64,000 nucleotides of DNA from an uncultured Mycoplasmatota bacterium (GTDB lineage Bacteria; Bacillota_I; Bacilli_A; RF39; UBA660), in the NCBI GenBank assembly GCA_946498375.1, contig CAMMOI010000001.1:8433-72432 (forward strand), given 5' to 3'. Of the stretch, positions 17,153 to 26,281 are shown one piece after another. Made by a program: the position numbers and the translations under genes. The notes below the pieces were generated by a model. It did no database searches and had not been told where the DNA came from. It saw only the letters and a list, made by a program, of their open reading frames with translations. Each line of letters opens with the position of its first letter. The stretch's first letter is position 1.

Positions 17153-18661
17153 ATGAAAGAACCAATAGTTATTAATAAACACAAACTAGATCATGATCAA
17201 ATGGCTATAGTTACTTCAACTTCGAAAAAAATATTAGTCATTGCTGGAGCCGGAAGTGGTAAAAGTTTAACTATGATTGGTAAAATCCACTATTTAATAA
17301 AAGAGTTAAATGTTTCTTCAAATGATATTTTAGCTATTTCTTTTACTAATGAAGCCACTAAAAGTTTAAAAACTAAGCTTCAAAAATATTTTAATTATAA
17401 TATTGATGTTTTAACTTTTCATAAACTAGCTTTAAGAATAATTCATAAACAATACCATAAAATAGTAGATGATAAATTTTTAGATGAAGTTATAGATATT
17501 TTTTTTGAAGGGCTAATTTTTAGTAATCCATATTTATTAAAACAAGTATTAAAATACTTTAGAATTATTTATATGCCATGGAATTATGAAATTAAATATA
17601 AACAATTACTTTTAACTAAAAAAATAACAGTAATGAAAAAAACTATTAGTGTCTTTTTAAAATTATTCAAAACTAATAATTATTCTAATGATGAATTTAT
17701 CCATTTTTTAAAAGCTGGTAAATATTATTCTTTTTTAATTATTGCATATAGTATATATACCTTTTATAAAGCTGAATTAAAAGCTACTAATAGTTTGGAT
17801 TTTGATGAAATAATAAAAAAAGCAATTGGTAATGTAAAAAGATCAAATATTAGTTATAAATATATTATAATTGATGAATATCAAGATACTTCTTTATTAA
17901 GATATGAACTTATAAAAAAAATATTAGATAAGACTAATGCTAATTTAATATGTGTAGGAGATGATTTTCAATCAATCTATAATTTTAGTGGGTGTACTTT
18001 AGATTTATTTTTAAATTTTAAAACTTATTTTCCTAATGCTTCTATAAAATATATTAACTTTACATATCGAAATGCACAGCAATTAATTGATGTTGCTGGA
18101 AGTTTTATTATGAAAAACAAATATCAGATAAGAAAAAATTTAGTTTCAACTAAAAATATTAATAAACCATTTATATTATTTTATTATAAAAATAAAAAAA
18201 GAGATTTTACTACTTTATTATTGAATTTAGGAAAAAAAGATAAATTATTTGTATTAGGAAGAAATAACTTTGATATAAAGAAATATTTAGATTTAAACAT
18301 CTTTAAATTAGAAAAAGATGGGTATATATATTTACTAAAGAATAACTATTGTTATGCTAGATATTTAACAATTCATAAAGCCAAGGGCTTGGAAAGTGAT
18401 AATGTTATAATTATTAATTTAGAAAACGATTTTTATGGATTTCCTAGTAAGCAAATTGATGAAAAAGTACTATCGCTAGTAAAAAAGCCAACTGATGCTT
18501 CAATTAAATATGCTGAGGAGCGTCGCTTATTTTATGTTGCAATTACAAGAAGTAAAAATAAGGTTTATTTATATCTTAGTTCTAATGAATCAATATTTAT
18601 AAAAGAATTAAAAAAAGATTATAAAAAATATTTAGTAATATATAAAAAGAAAACTTATTAG
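17153..18661 (+). CDS. compact UvrD/PcrA-like superfamily-1 DNA helicase
   Basis: Walker A AGAGSGKS, motif II IIIDEYQDTS, motif III GDDFQSIY, motif V TIHKAKGLE and motif VI FYVAITRSK all present in only 502 aa. Confidence 0.65.
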   Translation: MKEPIVINKHKLDHDQMAIVTSTSKKILVIAGAGSGKSLTMIGKIHYLIKELNVSSNDILAISFTNEATKSLKTKLQKYFNYNIDVLTFHKLALRIIHKQYHKIVDDKFLDEVIDIFFEGLIFSNPYLLKQVLKYFRIIYMPWNYEIKYKQLLLTKKITVMKKTISVFLKLFKTNNYSNDEFIHFLKAGKYYSFLIIAYSIYTFYKAELKATNSLDFDEIIKKAIGNVKRSNISYKYIIIDEYQDTSLLRYELIKKILDKTNANLICVGDDFQSIYNFSGCTLDLFLNFKTYFPNASIKYINFTYRNAQQLIDVAGSFIMKNKYQIRKNLVSTKNINKPFILFYYKNKKRDFTTLLLNLGKKDKLFVLGRNNFDIKKYLDLNIFKLEKDGYIYLLKNNYCYARYLTIHKAKGLESDNVIIINLENDFYGFPSKQIDEKVLSLVKKPTDASIKYAEERRLFYVAITRSKNKVYLYLSSNESIFIKELKKDYKKYLVIYKKKTY

Positions 18662-19524
18662 TTTTCTTTAGAATACATGCGATATAAATTTATTGATGGT
18701 TTATTAAAAAAGCGAAAGCTGTAGTCAGTAGTTCCTATTCCACCAGAAATAAAAAATTTAGTTAAATCTATATTATAATATTCATCATAATATGTTTTGC
18801 TACCATTTTTAGCAATAATTTGACCTACAAAAGGTATTCTAACTTGCCCATTTAAAGAATGACCGCTTAATACTAAATCAGGATTATAATCTTTAAATTG
18901 TAAGTAACTATCCGGCTCATTTACTAAAACAATTTTATATACTGGCGTGTTACTAAAATTTTGTAAACCACTAAAAGCTGTTTCATAGTCTTGAGTCCCT
19001 TTTAATAACGAAGGAAGTCCAATAATAATAATAGGAATATTATCTTTATAGTATAAAACATCATAAGTATTATTTAAATAATTAAATCCAGCATTTTTCA
19101 TTAATATTTCATAGTTATCTAATTTATAGTCTTGATCTCCGCTAACTGCATATTTACCTAATGTAGCATCAATTTGACTTAAACTTTCAGTCAAAAACTC
19201 AATTAAAGAATCACTTATAATTGTATCTTTATCGATAATATTACCACTAAAAACTACTAGATCAGGTTTTAAGTCATTTATTTGTTTTACTAAATTTTGA
19301 ACATCTTTTTTATTTACTGTTCTTCCATATAATAAATCAGAAAAATGAATTATTTTAAGCCCATCTATATTACTAGTGAATATTGAACTATTAATAGCAT
19401 ATTCTCTTACAGTTAATCCCTTTGTACTAATAAATCTAGCCCATAAAATGATAAAAACAATAAATAGTATCAAAATAATAAAAATTAATTTTCCATTGCT
19501 TAAATTTTTTCTTTCTTCATTCAT
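18658..19524 (-). CDS. membrane-anchored metallophosphoesterase (YkuE-like)
   Basis: N-terminal TM. Calcineurin-like motifs IIHFSDLLYG, GHSLNGQVRIPFVG (GHxHxGQ). Convergent with the helicase stop; overlaps it by 4 nt. Confidence 0.65.
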   Translation of the reverse strand: MNEERKNLSNGKLIFIILILFIVFIILWARFISTKGLTVREYAINSSIFTSNIDGLKIIHFSDLLYGRTVNKKDVQNLVKQINDLKPDLVVFSGNIIDKDTIISDSLIEFLTESLSQIDATLGKYAVSGDQDYKLDNYEILMKNAGFNYLNNTYDVLYYKDNIPIIIIGLPSLLKGTQDYETAFSGLQNFSNTPVYKIVLVNEPDSYLQFKDYNPDLVLSGHSLNGQVRIPFVGQIIAKNGSKTYYDEYYNIDLTKFFISGGIGTTDYSFRFFNKPSINLYRMYSKEN

Positions 19525-19528
19525 ATTT

Positions 19529-20293
19529 TTATACTCCAGCAGATAGCATAGAAAAAATAATTAATAATACAGATAATGAATTGTGAAATATATGCATAAA
19601 TATAGAGGTGAAAATATTATCAGTTTTATAATATGCATAACCAAAAGCAATCCCTAAGCTACCGTATGGTAAGAAGTAAAGTAATTCTTGCCAATTTTTT
19701 ATTATTCCTGCAATAGTAAAAGATTCAATTCCAGTGGCAACATGCATTCCAGCAAATAAAAGACCAGTAAAAAGAGAATATTTAATTATACTTTTGAAAG
19801 CATTTTTAAATGATGCTCGAAATAATAATTCTTCACATATTGGACCAATAATACACATTGAAACAATCGAAAATAAGGGGAATTGAGCTAATATAGCTCT
19901 ATTGGAACTTTCATTAGCTGCCATTCCATTTTCAATAATAAAAAGATTAATTATTAGATTACTAACTATCATTAGGCCAAAACCAATTAGCCAAAATTTA
20001 AAAGCAGTTTTAATATATTTTTTATAGTTTTTTTTAAAGTCTTTAAAATCTCGAAAAAATCTTTTATGAAAAATAAAAATCAAAATTAATAATGTACATA
20101 ATTCAGCCATTATATAACATATATTAGCTCCCCAATTAGTAGAACTAAAAGGAAATACTAAAAATATTTGTAAAAACAAGGATGGAACAATCATATATAA
20201 AATAATAATTCCAATACTCATTAAAATTGATATAAAAGAATCTTTATAATTTTTACATTCAAAATCCATAAATCTATTCACCTTTTTATTCAA
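19529..20293 (-). CDS. CPBP-family intramembrane metalloprotease (CAAX protease / Abi-like)
   Basis: Multi-TM protein with EELLFRASF (motif 1), FAGMHV and HIFHNSLSV motifs of the CPBP/Abi family. Confidence 0.65.
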   Translation of the reverse strand: MNKKVNRFMDFECKNYKDSFISILMSIGIIILYMIVPSLFLQIFLVFPFSSTNWGANICYIMAELCTLLILIFIFHKRFFRDFKDFKKNYKKYIKTAFKFWLIGFGLMIVSNLIINLFIIENGMAANESSNRAILAQFPLFSIVSMCIIGPICEELLFRASFKNAFKSIIKYSLFTGLLFAGMHVATGIESFTIAGIIKNWQELLYFLPYGSLGIAFGYAYYKTDNIFTSIFMHIFHNSLSVLLIIFSMLSAGV

Positions 20294-20726
20294 TATAATC
20301 TAATGATTTTAGCTTTTCTTCTATTGTTGAACGCGTAGCAGTACCAACAATTCTATTAACAACAGTTTTTTCTTCACCATCTTCTATAAAAATTGTTGTT
20401 GGTGTTCCGCTTACATTAGCAATACTATTCAAATACTTTTTGTCATCATCTGATAATGTTGCTAAATCAACATAATAACCAGTAACTTGATTATCTCTTA
20501 ATACATTAGTTAACACTGGCATGTATTCTGCACAATGAGAACAGCCTTCACGAGTAATTACTAAAATAAAACTATCTTTGTTATTAATTTTCTCTTCAAG
20601 TTTATCTTTTGTTAATTCTACTAAGTAGCTTTGAGCATTACTTTTTTCTTTTTTTGCTAAAAATAAAATTCCAATAACTAATGCAATAATTACAATGATA
20701 CCTATAATTATAAATTTCTTTTTCAT
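20286..20726 (-). CDS. membrane-anchored thioredoxin-like protein with CSHC active site (bacteriocin-transport-accessory-like)
   Basis: N-terminal TM, then ILVITREGCSHCAEYMPVL (CxxC). Overlaps the CPBP gene start by 8 nt (operon). Confidence 0.6.
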   Translation of the reverse strand: MKKKFIIIGIIVIIALVIGILFLAKKEKSNAQSYLVELTKDKLEEKINNKDSFILVITREGCSHCAEYMPVLTNVLRDNQVTGYYVDLATLSDDDKKYLNSIANVSGTPTTIFIEDGEEKTVVNRIVGTATRSTIEEKLKSLDYIE

Positions 20727-20864
20727 TAACTCTCACCGTTTATAAATATATCATAATTTATAGTGCTATTCAAATTTCTTTATACTTTATTAGACAATTT
20801 TTACAATTTTATTAATACTAAATTTTTTAAAATTTAATATATTTTATTAGAATAGGAGATAAAA

Positions 20865-21806
20865 ATGAAAAAGGTAATTGTTGGTATTCCGAAGGCATTG
20901 TTATTTTATCATTATAAAAGTTTATGGTTAGAATTTTTTAATAACTTACAAATTGAAGTGTTAATAAGTCCTGACACTAATAAGCAAATATTAGAAAATG
21001 GTAGTAAACATGTAGTAGATGAAGCATGTCTTTCTTTAAAAATATTTATGGGCCATATTGATTATTTAAAAGATAAAGTTGATTACATATTAATTCCTCG
21101 AATAGAGTGTGTCAAATTAAATGAAAAAGTATGTACTAATTTTTTAGCTCTTTATGATTTAGTAAATAACGTATTTAATGACATTAAAATTTTAAATTAT
21201 AATGTTGATTTAGAAAAAGGTGAAAGTCAAGTTGATGGCTTTATAAAAATTGGTAAAGAACTTGGTTTTTCATATATTCAAACCTTAAGTGCTTATAATG
21301 AAGCATTAGTTAAATTTAAAAAAGAAAATCAAAAAAAGATAAGCATAAATGATAAAAAATTAGAGTCTGATAAGTTAAAAATATTAGTAGCTGCTCATCC
21401 GTATAATTTGCATGATGCTTTAATAGGACAGCCCATTATTGATTATTTAAAACAAGAGAATATAAGCGTTTTAACATCCGATATATATGATGATTATTCT
21501 AAATTTGACTGTAAAGAAATTTCTAAAACTATCTATTGGACTTATAACAAGCGAATAAATGCTGCAATTTTGAAATATAAGGATTTTATTGATGGTATCA
21601 TATTACTTTCTACTTTCCCATGTGGACCGGATTCTTTATGTAATGAGCTTATAATTAGGAAGATAAAAAGTGTACCAATTTTATATATAACTAAAGATGA
21701 TTCATCTAGTGATGCCGGATTAATTACAAGATTGGAAAGTTTTATAGATATTATAAAATTAAAAAAACAAAGAGAGCAGGTTATAAATGAAAACAATAAT
21801 AATTAG
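20865..21806 (+). CDS. acyl-CoA dehydratase activase-related protein (DUF2229-like, N-terminal half)
   Basis: VGIPKALLFYHYKSLWLEFFNNLQIEVLISPDTNKQI...VDEACLSLKIFMGH...VDYILIPR pattern is typical of the uncharacterised domain found in CoA-substrate-specific enzyme activase proteins. Confidence 0.5.
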   Translation: MKKVIVGIPKALLFYHYKSLWLEFFNNLQIEVLISPDTNKQILENGSKHVVDEACLSLKIFMGHIDYLKDKVDYILIPRIECVKLNEKVCTNFLALYDLVNNVFNDIKILNYNVDLEKGESQVDGFIKIGKELGFSYIQTLSAYNEALVKFKKENQKKISINDKKLESDKLKILVAAHPYNLHDALIGQPIIDYLKQENISVLTSDIYDDYSKFDCKEISKTIYWTYNKRINAAILKYKDFIDGIILLSTFPCGPDSLCNELIIRKIKSVPILYITKDDSSSDAGLITRLESFIDIIKLKKQREQVINENNNN

Positions 21807-22857
21807 TTTTCCTCATTTAGGAAATTATCATGTTCCAATTAAATTTTTTTTGTCACACTTAACTGATGCCCAAATTTTAATTCCCCCTAAAATAACTAAA
21901 AAAACTATTGATTTGGGAAGCAAATACAGTCCTGATTTTGTCTGTTTGCCTTTTAAATATAATTTAGGTAATTATATTGAAGCCTTAGAACAAGGAGCCA
22001 ATGTATTAGTTCAAGCTGGTGGCGGGTGTAGATATGGTTGTTATGGAGAAGTACAAGAACAAATTTTAAGAGATTTAGGATATGATTTTAAGCTTGTATC
22101 TTTAGTTGAAAATGGCAAAATTAATATACTAAGTATTTATAAATCATTAAAAAATATCAATCCTAAAGTTAACTTTTTTAAATATGTTTATTATCTAATT
22201 TTTACAATGTTAATGATAATGTGCATGGATAAAATCGAAATTTATATTCGTAAAAATATTGGATTTGAAAAAGTAAAAAATAGTTTTAAAACTTTAGAGA
22301 CAAAAATGTTAGAAGATTTTGCTAAGACTAAATGTATATCATCTTTAATATTTAAATATTGGAAATATAAACATAAATTTAAGCAAATAAAAGTAAAAAA
22401 AGTCAGTAATCCCATTAAAGTTGGAATTATAGGAGAATTATATACTTCTATGGAGCCTTTTTCTTCGTATTTTGTTGAAGAATCACTAGCTAAATATAAT
22501 ATTGAAATAAAACGCTTTACTAATTTAACGTATTTACTTGTTAAAAAAAGTAAGCTAATTAAAAAAATGCTTAAAAGAAGTAAAAACTATGTTAGTTATG
22601 AACTAGGAGCAGATGGAATGGATAATGTAGCTAGGGCTTTGTATTTAAAACAAAAAGGGTATGATGGAATAATTCATATTAAACCATTTGGATGTACCCC
22701 GGAAATTGGAGCTATGCCCATTATTGATAAAGTATGCAAAGACAATAAAATGCCTGTAATTTATTTTTCATTTGATTCTCAAACATCAAATGAAGGTATT
22801 AAAACTAGATTAGAAGCTTTAGTAGATATGTTAGTAGAAAGGAAGAAAAAAGGATAA
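21787..22857 (+). CDS. acyl-CoA dehydratase activase-related protein (DUF2229-like, second half)
   Basis: ISFPHLGNYHVPIKFF...DFVCLPFKYNLGNY...AGGGCRYGCYGE pattern. Overlaps the upstream ORF by 20 nt and the downstream ATPase by 1 nt. Confidence 0.5.
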   Translation: MKTIIISFPHLGNYHVPIKFFLSHLTDAQILIPPKITKKTIDLGSKYSPDFVCLPFKYNLGNYIEALEQGANVLVQAGGGCRYGCYGEVQEQILRDLGYDFKLVSLVENGKINILSIYKSLKNINPKVNFFKYVYYLIFTMLMIMCMDKIEIYIRKNIGFEKVKNSFKTLETKMLEDFAKTKCISSLIFKYWKYKHKFKQIKVKKVSNPIKVGIIGELYTSMEPFSSYFVEESLAKYNIEIKRFTNLTYLLVKKSKLIKKMLKRSKNYVSYELGADGMDNVARALYLKQKGYDGIIHIKPFGCTPEIGAMPIIDKVCKDNKMPVIYFSFDSQTSNEGIKTRLEALVDMLVERKKKG

Positions 22858-23810
22858 TGGAAAAGTGCTATTTAGGAATTGATATCGGGTCAATTTCAAC
22901 AAAAGGTGTAATTATAGATAAAGATAATAATATTTTATATAGTGAATATTTATGGACTGAGGGAAATCCTATAGAAGCTGTAAAGCGAGTGATTAAATCT
23001 TTAGAAAAACAATTTGACAAAGAAAAATATCAAATTGTTCAAATTGGAACTACAGGTAGTGCCCGAAAATTAATAGGAACTATTTTAAATGCTAGTGTTA
23101 TAAAAAATGAAATTACTGCTCATGCAATAGGCACCACATCTTTATATCCTCAAATAAAAACTATTTTAGAAATAGGTGGTCAAGATTCAAAAATTATTTT
23201 AATTGAAGATGGAATTGCCGTTGATTATGCCATGAATACTTTATGTGCAGCAGGTACAGGGGCATTTTTATCAAGTCAAGCAAAAAGATTAAATGTTGCA
23301 GTTGAAGATTTTGGCTCAATAGCATTAACTAGCAAAAATCCTACTAAAATAGCTGCAAGATGTACTGTGTTTGCTGAATCAGATTTAGTTCATAAAGCTC
23401 AAATGGGGTATAAAAAAGAAGATATTATAGCAGGTCTTTGTAAAAGTGTTGCCGTAAATTATTTAAATAATGTTGGAAAAGGAAAAAAAATAAACTCTCC
23501 TATAATTTTTCAAGGAGGAGTAAGTAAAAATATTGGTGTAAAAAAGGCTTTTGAAGATTTATTAGGCCAAGAAGTAATTGTAGATAAAAATGGCCATTTA
23601 ATGGGAGCTTTGGGTGCTGCAATATTAGCTAGTCGAAGTGAAGAAAAAGAAATAAATTTTGATTTTAATATCTCCAATATTAAATTTGAAACCAAAGCTA
23701 TTGAGTGCAAAGGATGTCCAAATAATTGTGAAATTATTTGCGTGTATAAAAATGATGAGTTGATTGATTCATGGGGCAATCGATGCGAAAAAGGTATATT
23801 AAAACATTAA
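22857..23810 (+). CDS. BadF/BadG/BcrA/BcrD-type ATPase (CoA-substrate-specific enzyme activase, HgdC-like)
   Basis: ASKHA-fold motifs LGIDIGSISTKGVII, GTTGSARKL and LCAAGTGAFL. C-terminal Cys cluster CKGCPNNC for an Fe-S centre. Confidence 0.65.
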   Translation: MEKCYLGIDIGSISTKGVIIDKDNNILYSEYLWTEGNPIEAVKRVIKSLEKQFDKEKYQIVQIGTTGSARKLIGTILNASVIKNEITAHAIGTTSLYPQIKTILEIGGQDSKIILIEDGIAVDYAMNTLCAAGTGAFLSSQAKRLNVAVEDFGSIALTSKNPTKIAARCTVFAESDLVHKAQMGYKKEDIIAGLCKSVAVNYLNNVGKGKKINSPIIFQGGVSKNIGVKKAFEDLLGQEVIVDKNGHLMGALGAAILASRSEEKEINFDFNISNIKFETKAIECKGCPNNCEIICVYKNDELIDSWGNRCEKGILKH

Positions 23811-23923
23811 ATTTAAGGAAAAATATACTATATAATTCTATGTAAAGTTAAATTGTCAATATTTTAGAGTTTTGTAAGTAAAAAATAAAATTTATGGTAA
23901 ATTATAATTAGGAGAGTGATTAA

Positions 23924-25003
23924 ATGGATGATAAAAAATTAAAAGTTTTGCAAATTGGCTGTGGTAAAATGAGTAAATTCATTATGCAATATGTGTATCA
24001 AAAAGGAGGACAAATTGTAGGGGCAGTAGATATTAATCCGGAAATTATAGGAAAAGATATAGCTACAATTATGGAGTCAAAGAATAAAAATGTTATTATT
24101 GAATCAATAGATAAATTAGAAGAGTTGCTTATTAAATTAAAACCAGATATTGCTATAATCACGACTATGAGTTTACTAAATGATGTTAAAAACGAGTTAT
24201 TTATTTGTGCTAAATGTGGAATAAATGCTATAACAACTTGTGAGGAAGCTTTTTTTGCAAGCAATTCTAATAGTGAAGTATTTAAAGATATTGATACAAT
24301 GGCTAAAGCTAATAATTGCACAATAACCGGTTGTGGATATCAAGATTTTGCTTGGGGTAATTTAATAACTACCCTTGCAGGCAGTACCCATACTATTACT
24401 AAAATAAAAGGAAGTTCGTCATACAATGTTGAAGATTACGGAATTGCTTTAGCTAAAGCCCACGGAGCAGGATTAACTTTAGAAGAATTTGATAAAGATA
24501 TAGCATCTATAGATAAAATGAGTGAAGAACAAAGAAATAAGTTAATAAAGGAGGGGAATTTTGCACCGTCTTATATGTGGAATACAGTAGGTTGGCTTGC
24601 TGATAAATTAAATTTAACTATTACTTCTATGGATCAAAAATGCGTTCCTCAAACTTATAGTGAAGAACTTCATTCTACGACTTTAAATTTAACAATCCCT
24701 GCTGGAAATGCAACAGGGATGAGTGCTGTTGTTAGTGCTAAAACTAAAGAGGGAATAGATTTAGAAGCAGAATGTGTAGGTAAGGTTTATAGCCCAAATG
24801 ATTTTGATAAAAATGAGTGGACTATTATTGGAGAGCCTACTACAAATATTATTATGAATAAACCTGACACTGTAAAATTAACCTGTGCCGATGTTGTTAA
24901 TAGGATTCCAGATGTAATAAATTCTAAACCTGGTTTTATACCTACTAGTCAGATGCCAGAAATGTCTTATCGTTTAAAAGCGTTAAATGAATATGTAAAA
25001 TAA
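23924..25003 (+). CDS. DapB-N-like NAD(P)-binding oxidoreductase (possible amine dehydrogenase / 2,4-diaminopentanoate dehydrogenase-like)
   Basis: N-terminal Rossmann LKVLQIGCGKMSKFIM...GGQIVGAVD resembles the dihydrodipicolinate-reductase N-domain family. C-terminal part unassigned. Confidence 0.35.
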   Translation: MDDKKLKVLQIGCGKMSKFIMQYVYQKGGQIVGAVDINPEIIGKDIATIMESKNKNVIIESIDKLEELLIKLKPDIAIITTMSLLNDVKNELFICAKCGINAITTCEEAFFASNSNSEVFKDIDTMAKANNCTITGCGYQDFAWGNLITTLAGSTHTITKIKGSSSYNVEDYGIALAKAHGAGLTLEEFDKDIASIDKMSEEQRNKLIKEGNFAPSYMWNTVGWLADKLNLTITSMDQKCVPQTYSEELHSTTLNLTIPAGNATGMSAVVSAKTKEGIDLEAECVGKVYSPNDFDKNEWTIIGEPTTNIIMNKPDTVKLTCADVVNRIPDVINSKPGFIPTSQMPEMSYRLKALNEYVK

Positions 25004-25057
25004 AAAAAGAAAAATGATGCTACTACCTGTCAAGTACTCACTAAATAAAAAGATAAA

Positions 25058-25768
25058 TTAATTTGAATATTTTAGACGATACTGTACAGGTGACAAGTAT
25101 CCAAGATTCTTTTGAATACGTTCATTATTATACCAGTGAACGTATTTTTTTATTTCTTCAGTAGCTTGTTTTCTAGTTAATTTACTAAATTGACAAAGCC
25201 ATTCGTGTTTTAATTGCATAAACCAGTTTTCAATTGGACAATTTTCCCAACAGTGTCCTCTATGTGACATACTTCTAGTAAATCCCATAGTTTCTGCAAG
25301 TTCAACATATTCATATGCAAAATATACTGCACCTTGATCTGTATTAACTATTGCATTTTCATTTATTTTTAAATCTTTATAACTTTCTTTTATTAATTCT
25401 ACATCATTGTTATTTGACGTAAAACGTGATACAATTTCTTTATTGAAGTAATCTTTAATAGCTGATAAATATAGTGTACCATCACTACATTTTATATAGC
25501 TAACATCAGAAGAAAACTTTTGACCTGGTTTTTCTGATTTAAAGTTACATTCAATTAGGTATTGAGCCTTATTTGTAAGGTTCTTTTCTTTTGCTCTAGA
25601 AACAGACAATCCCTTTTTAGTTCTTTTAATTGTTTCTAATCTCAATATGTTTTTATATCTTCTAATCAATTTGTGATTTAAAACTAATTTTAATTTAATT
25701 TCTATATGTTTTTTTAATCTTATTGTTCCATAAATCCCTTTAACATTTTTATGCTCCTCTGATATCAC
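25058..25768 (-). CDS. IS3-family transposase OrfB (DDE integrase core)
   Basis: HRGHCWENCPIENWFMQLKHEWL and YVHWYNNERIQKNLGYLSPVQY are C-terminal IS3 transposase signatures. The reading frame remains open upstream to the slippery site near 25960. Confidence 0.8.
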   Translation of the reverse strand: MISEEHKNVKGIYGTIRLKKHIEIKLKLVLNHKLIRRYKNILRLETIKRTKKGLSVSRAKEKNLTNKAQYLIECNFKSEKPGQKFSSDVSYIKCSDGTLYLSAIKDYFNKEIVSRFTSNNNDVELIKESYKDLKINENAIVNTDQGAVYFAYEYVELAETMGFTRSMSHRGHCWENCPIENWFMQLKHEWLCQFSKLTRKQATEEIKKYVHWYNNERIQKNLGYLSPVQYRLKYSN

Positions 25769-25914
25769 ATCAGCAATTTCTTGATTAAAATTATTAGCTA
25801 TCGGTTTTCCAATACTACACCATTTGTAATAACTTCTTCTATTAATATTTAAAACGTTACATATCCTAGTAATTGGATATTCTGTTTTTAATCTATCAAT
25901 AATTTGGTATTTTT

Positions 25915-26181
25915 CTATTTGCGTTGCTGAGAGCGGATTTCTATCAGAAGAGCATAGGATTTTTTTAATATATCAATATCCTCAATTTCTTGCTGAGATT
26001 TTCTTTTCCCTCGATTATCTACACCAAGTCTGCCTTCATCATATTCTTGATTCCATCTGCTTACTGTACCCCAACCTGATATACCATATTTGTTATTTAA
26101 ATATGATATAGTTGCACCTTTCTTAAATTCTTTAACTATTTTGACTTTATCTTCTAAAGTCTATTTCTTATGTTTACCCAT
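25915..26181 (-). pseudogene. IS3 orfA (HTH subunit) interrupted by an in-frame amber codon at codon 7
   Basis: Reverse complement reads ATG GGT AAA CAT AAG AAA TAG ACT TTA GAA GAT AAA GTC... (MGKHKK*TLEDKVKIVKEFKKG...) after GGAGGTG SD. TAG lies at + coordinates 26161-26163. The 7-A slippery heptamer at + 25960-25966 would give an OrfAB fusion. Confidence 0.6.
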
Positions 26182-26281
26182 AAAAAACACCTCCAAAATC
26201 CTTTCTAAATAAATTTTACCATATTTTGGTTATTTTTATTTAGTGTGAACTTTAAAGGTATTATAATCTTTTTTTCTCTTT

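Larger units (their letters stand above)
25024..26258 (-). mobile_element. IS3-family insertion sequence (about 1.24 kb) with imperfect terminal inverted repeats
   Basis: orfA/orfB arrangement with a 7-A slippery site. Terminal repeats ...CTCACTAAATAAAAAGATAA (left) and ...CACACTAAATAAAAATAACC (right, reverse complement) match at about 26 of 32 positions. Boundaries approximate. Confidence 0.7.

Noticed and set aside
21542-21796. 84 aa antisense ORF in activase-related gene
   Set aside because: Antisense to a coding region with domain support. No RBS.
23510-23779. 89 aa antisense ORF inside BadF-type ATPase gene
   Set aside because: Antisense to supported CDS.
23998-24321. 107 aa antisense ORF inside DapB-like gene
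   Set aside because: Antisense. Ile/Ser low-complexity.
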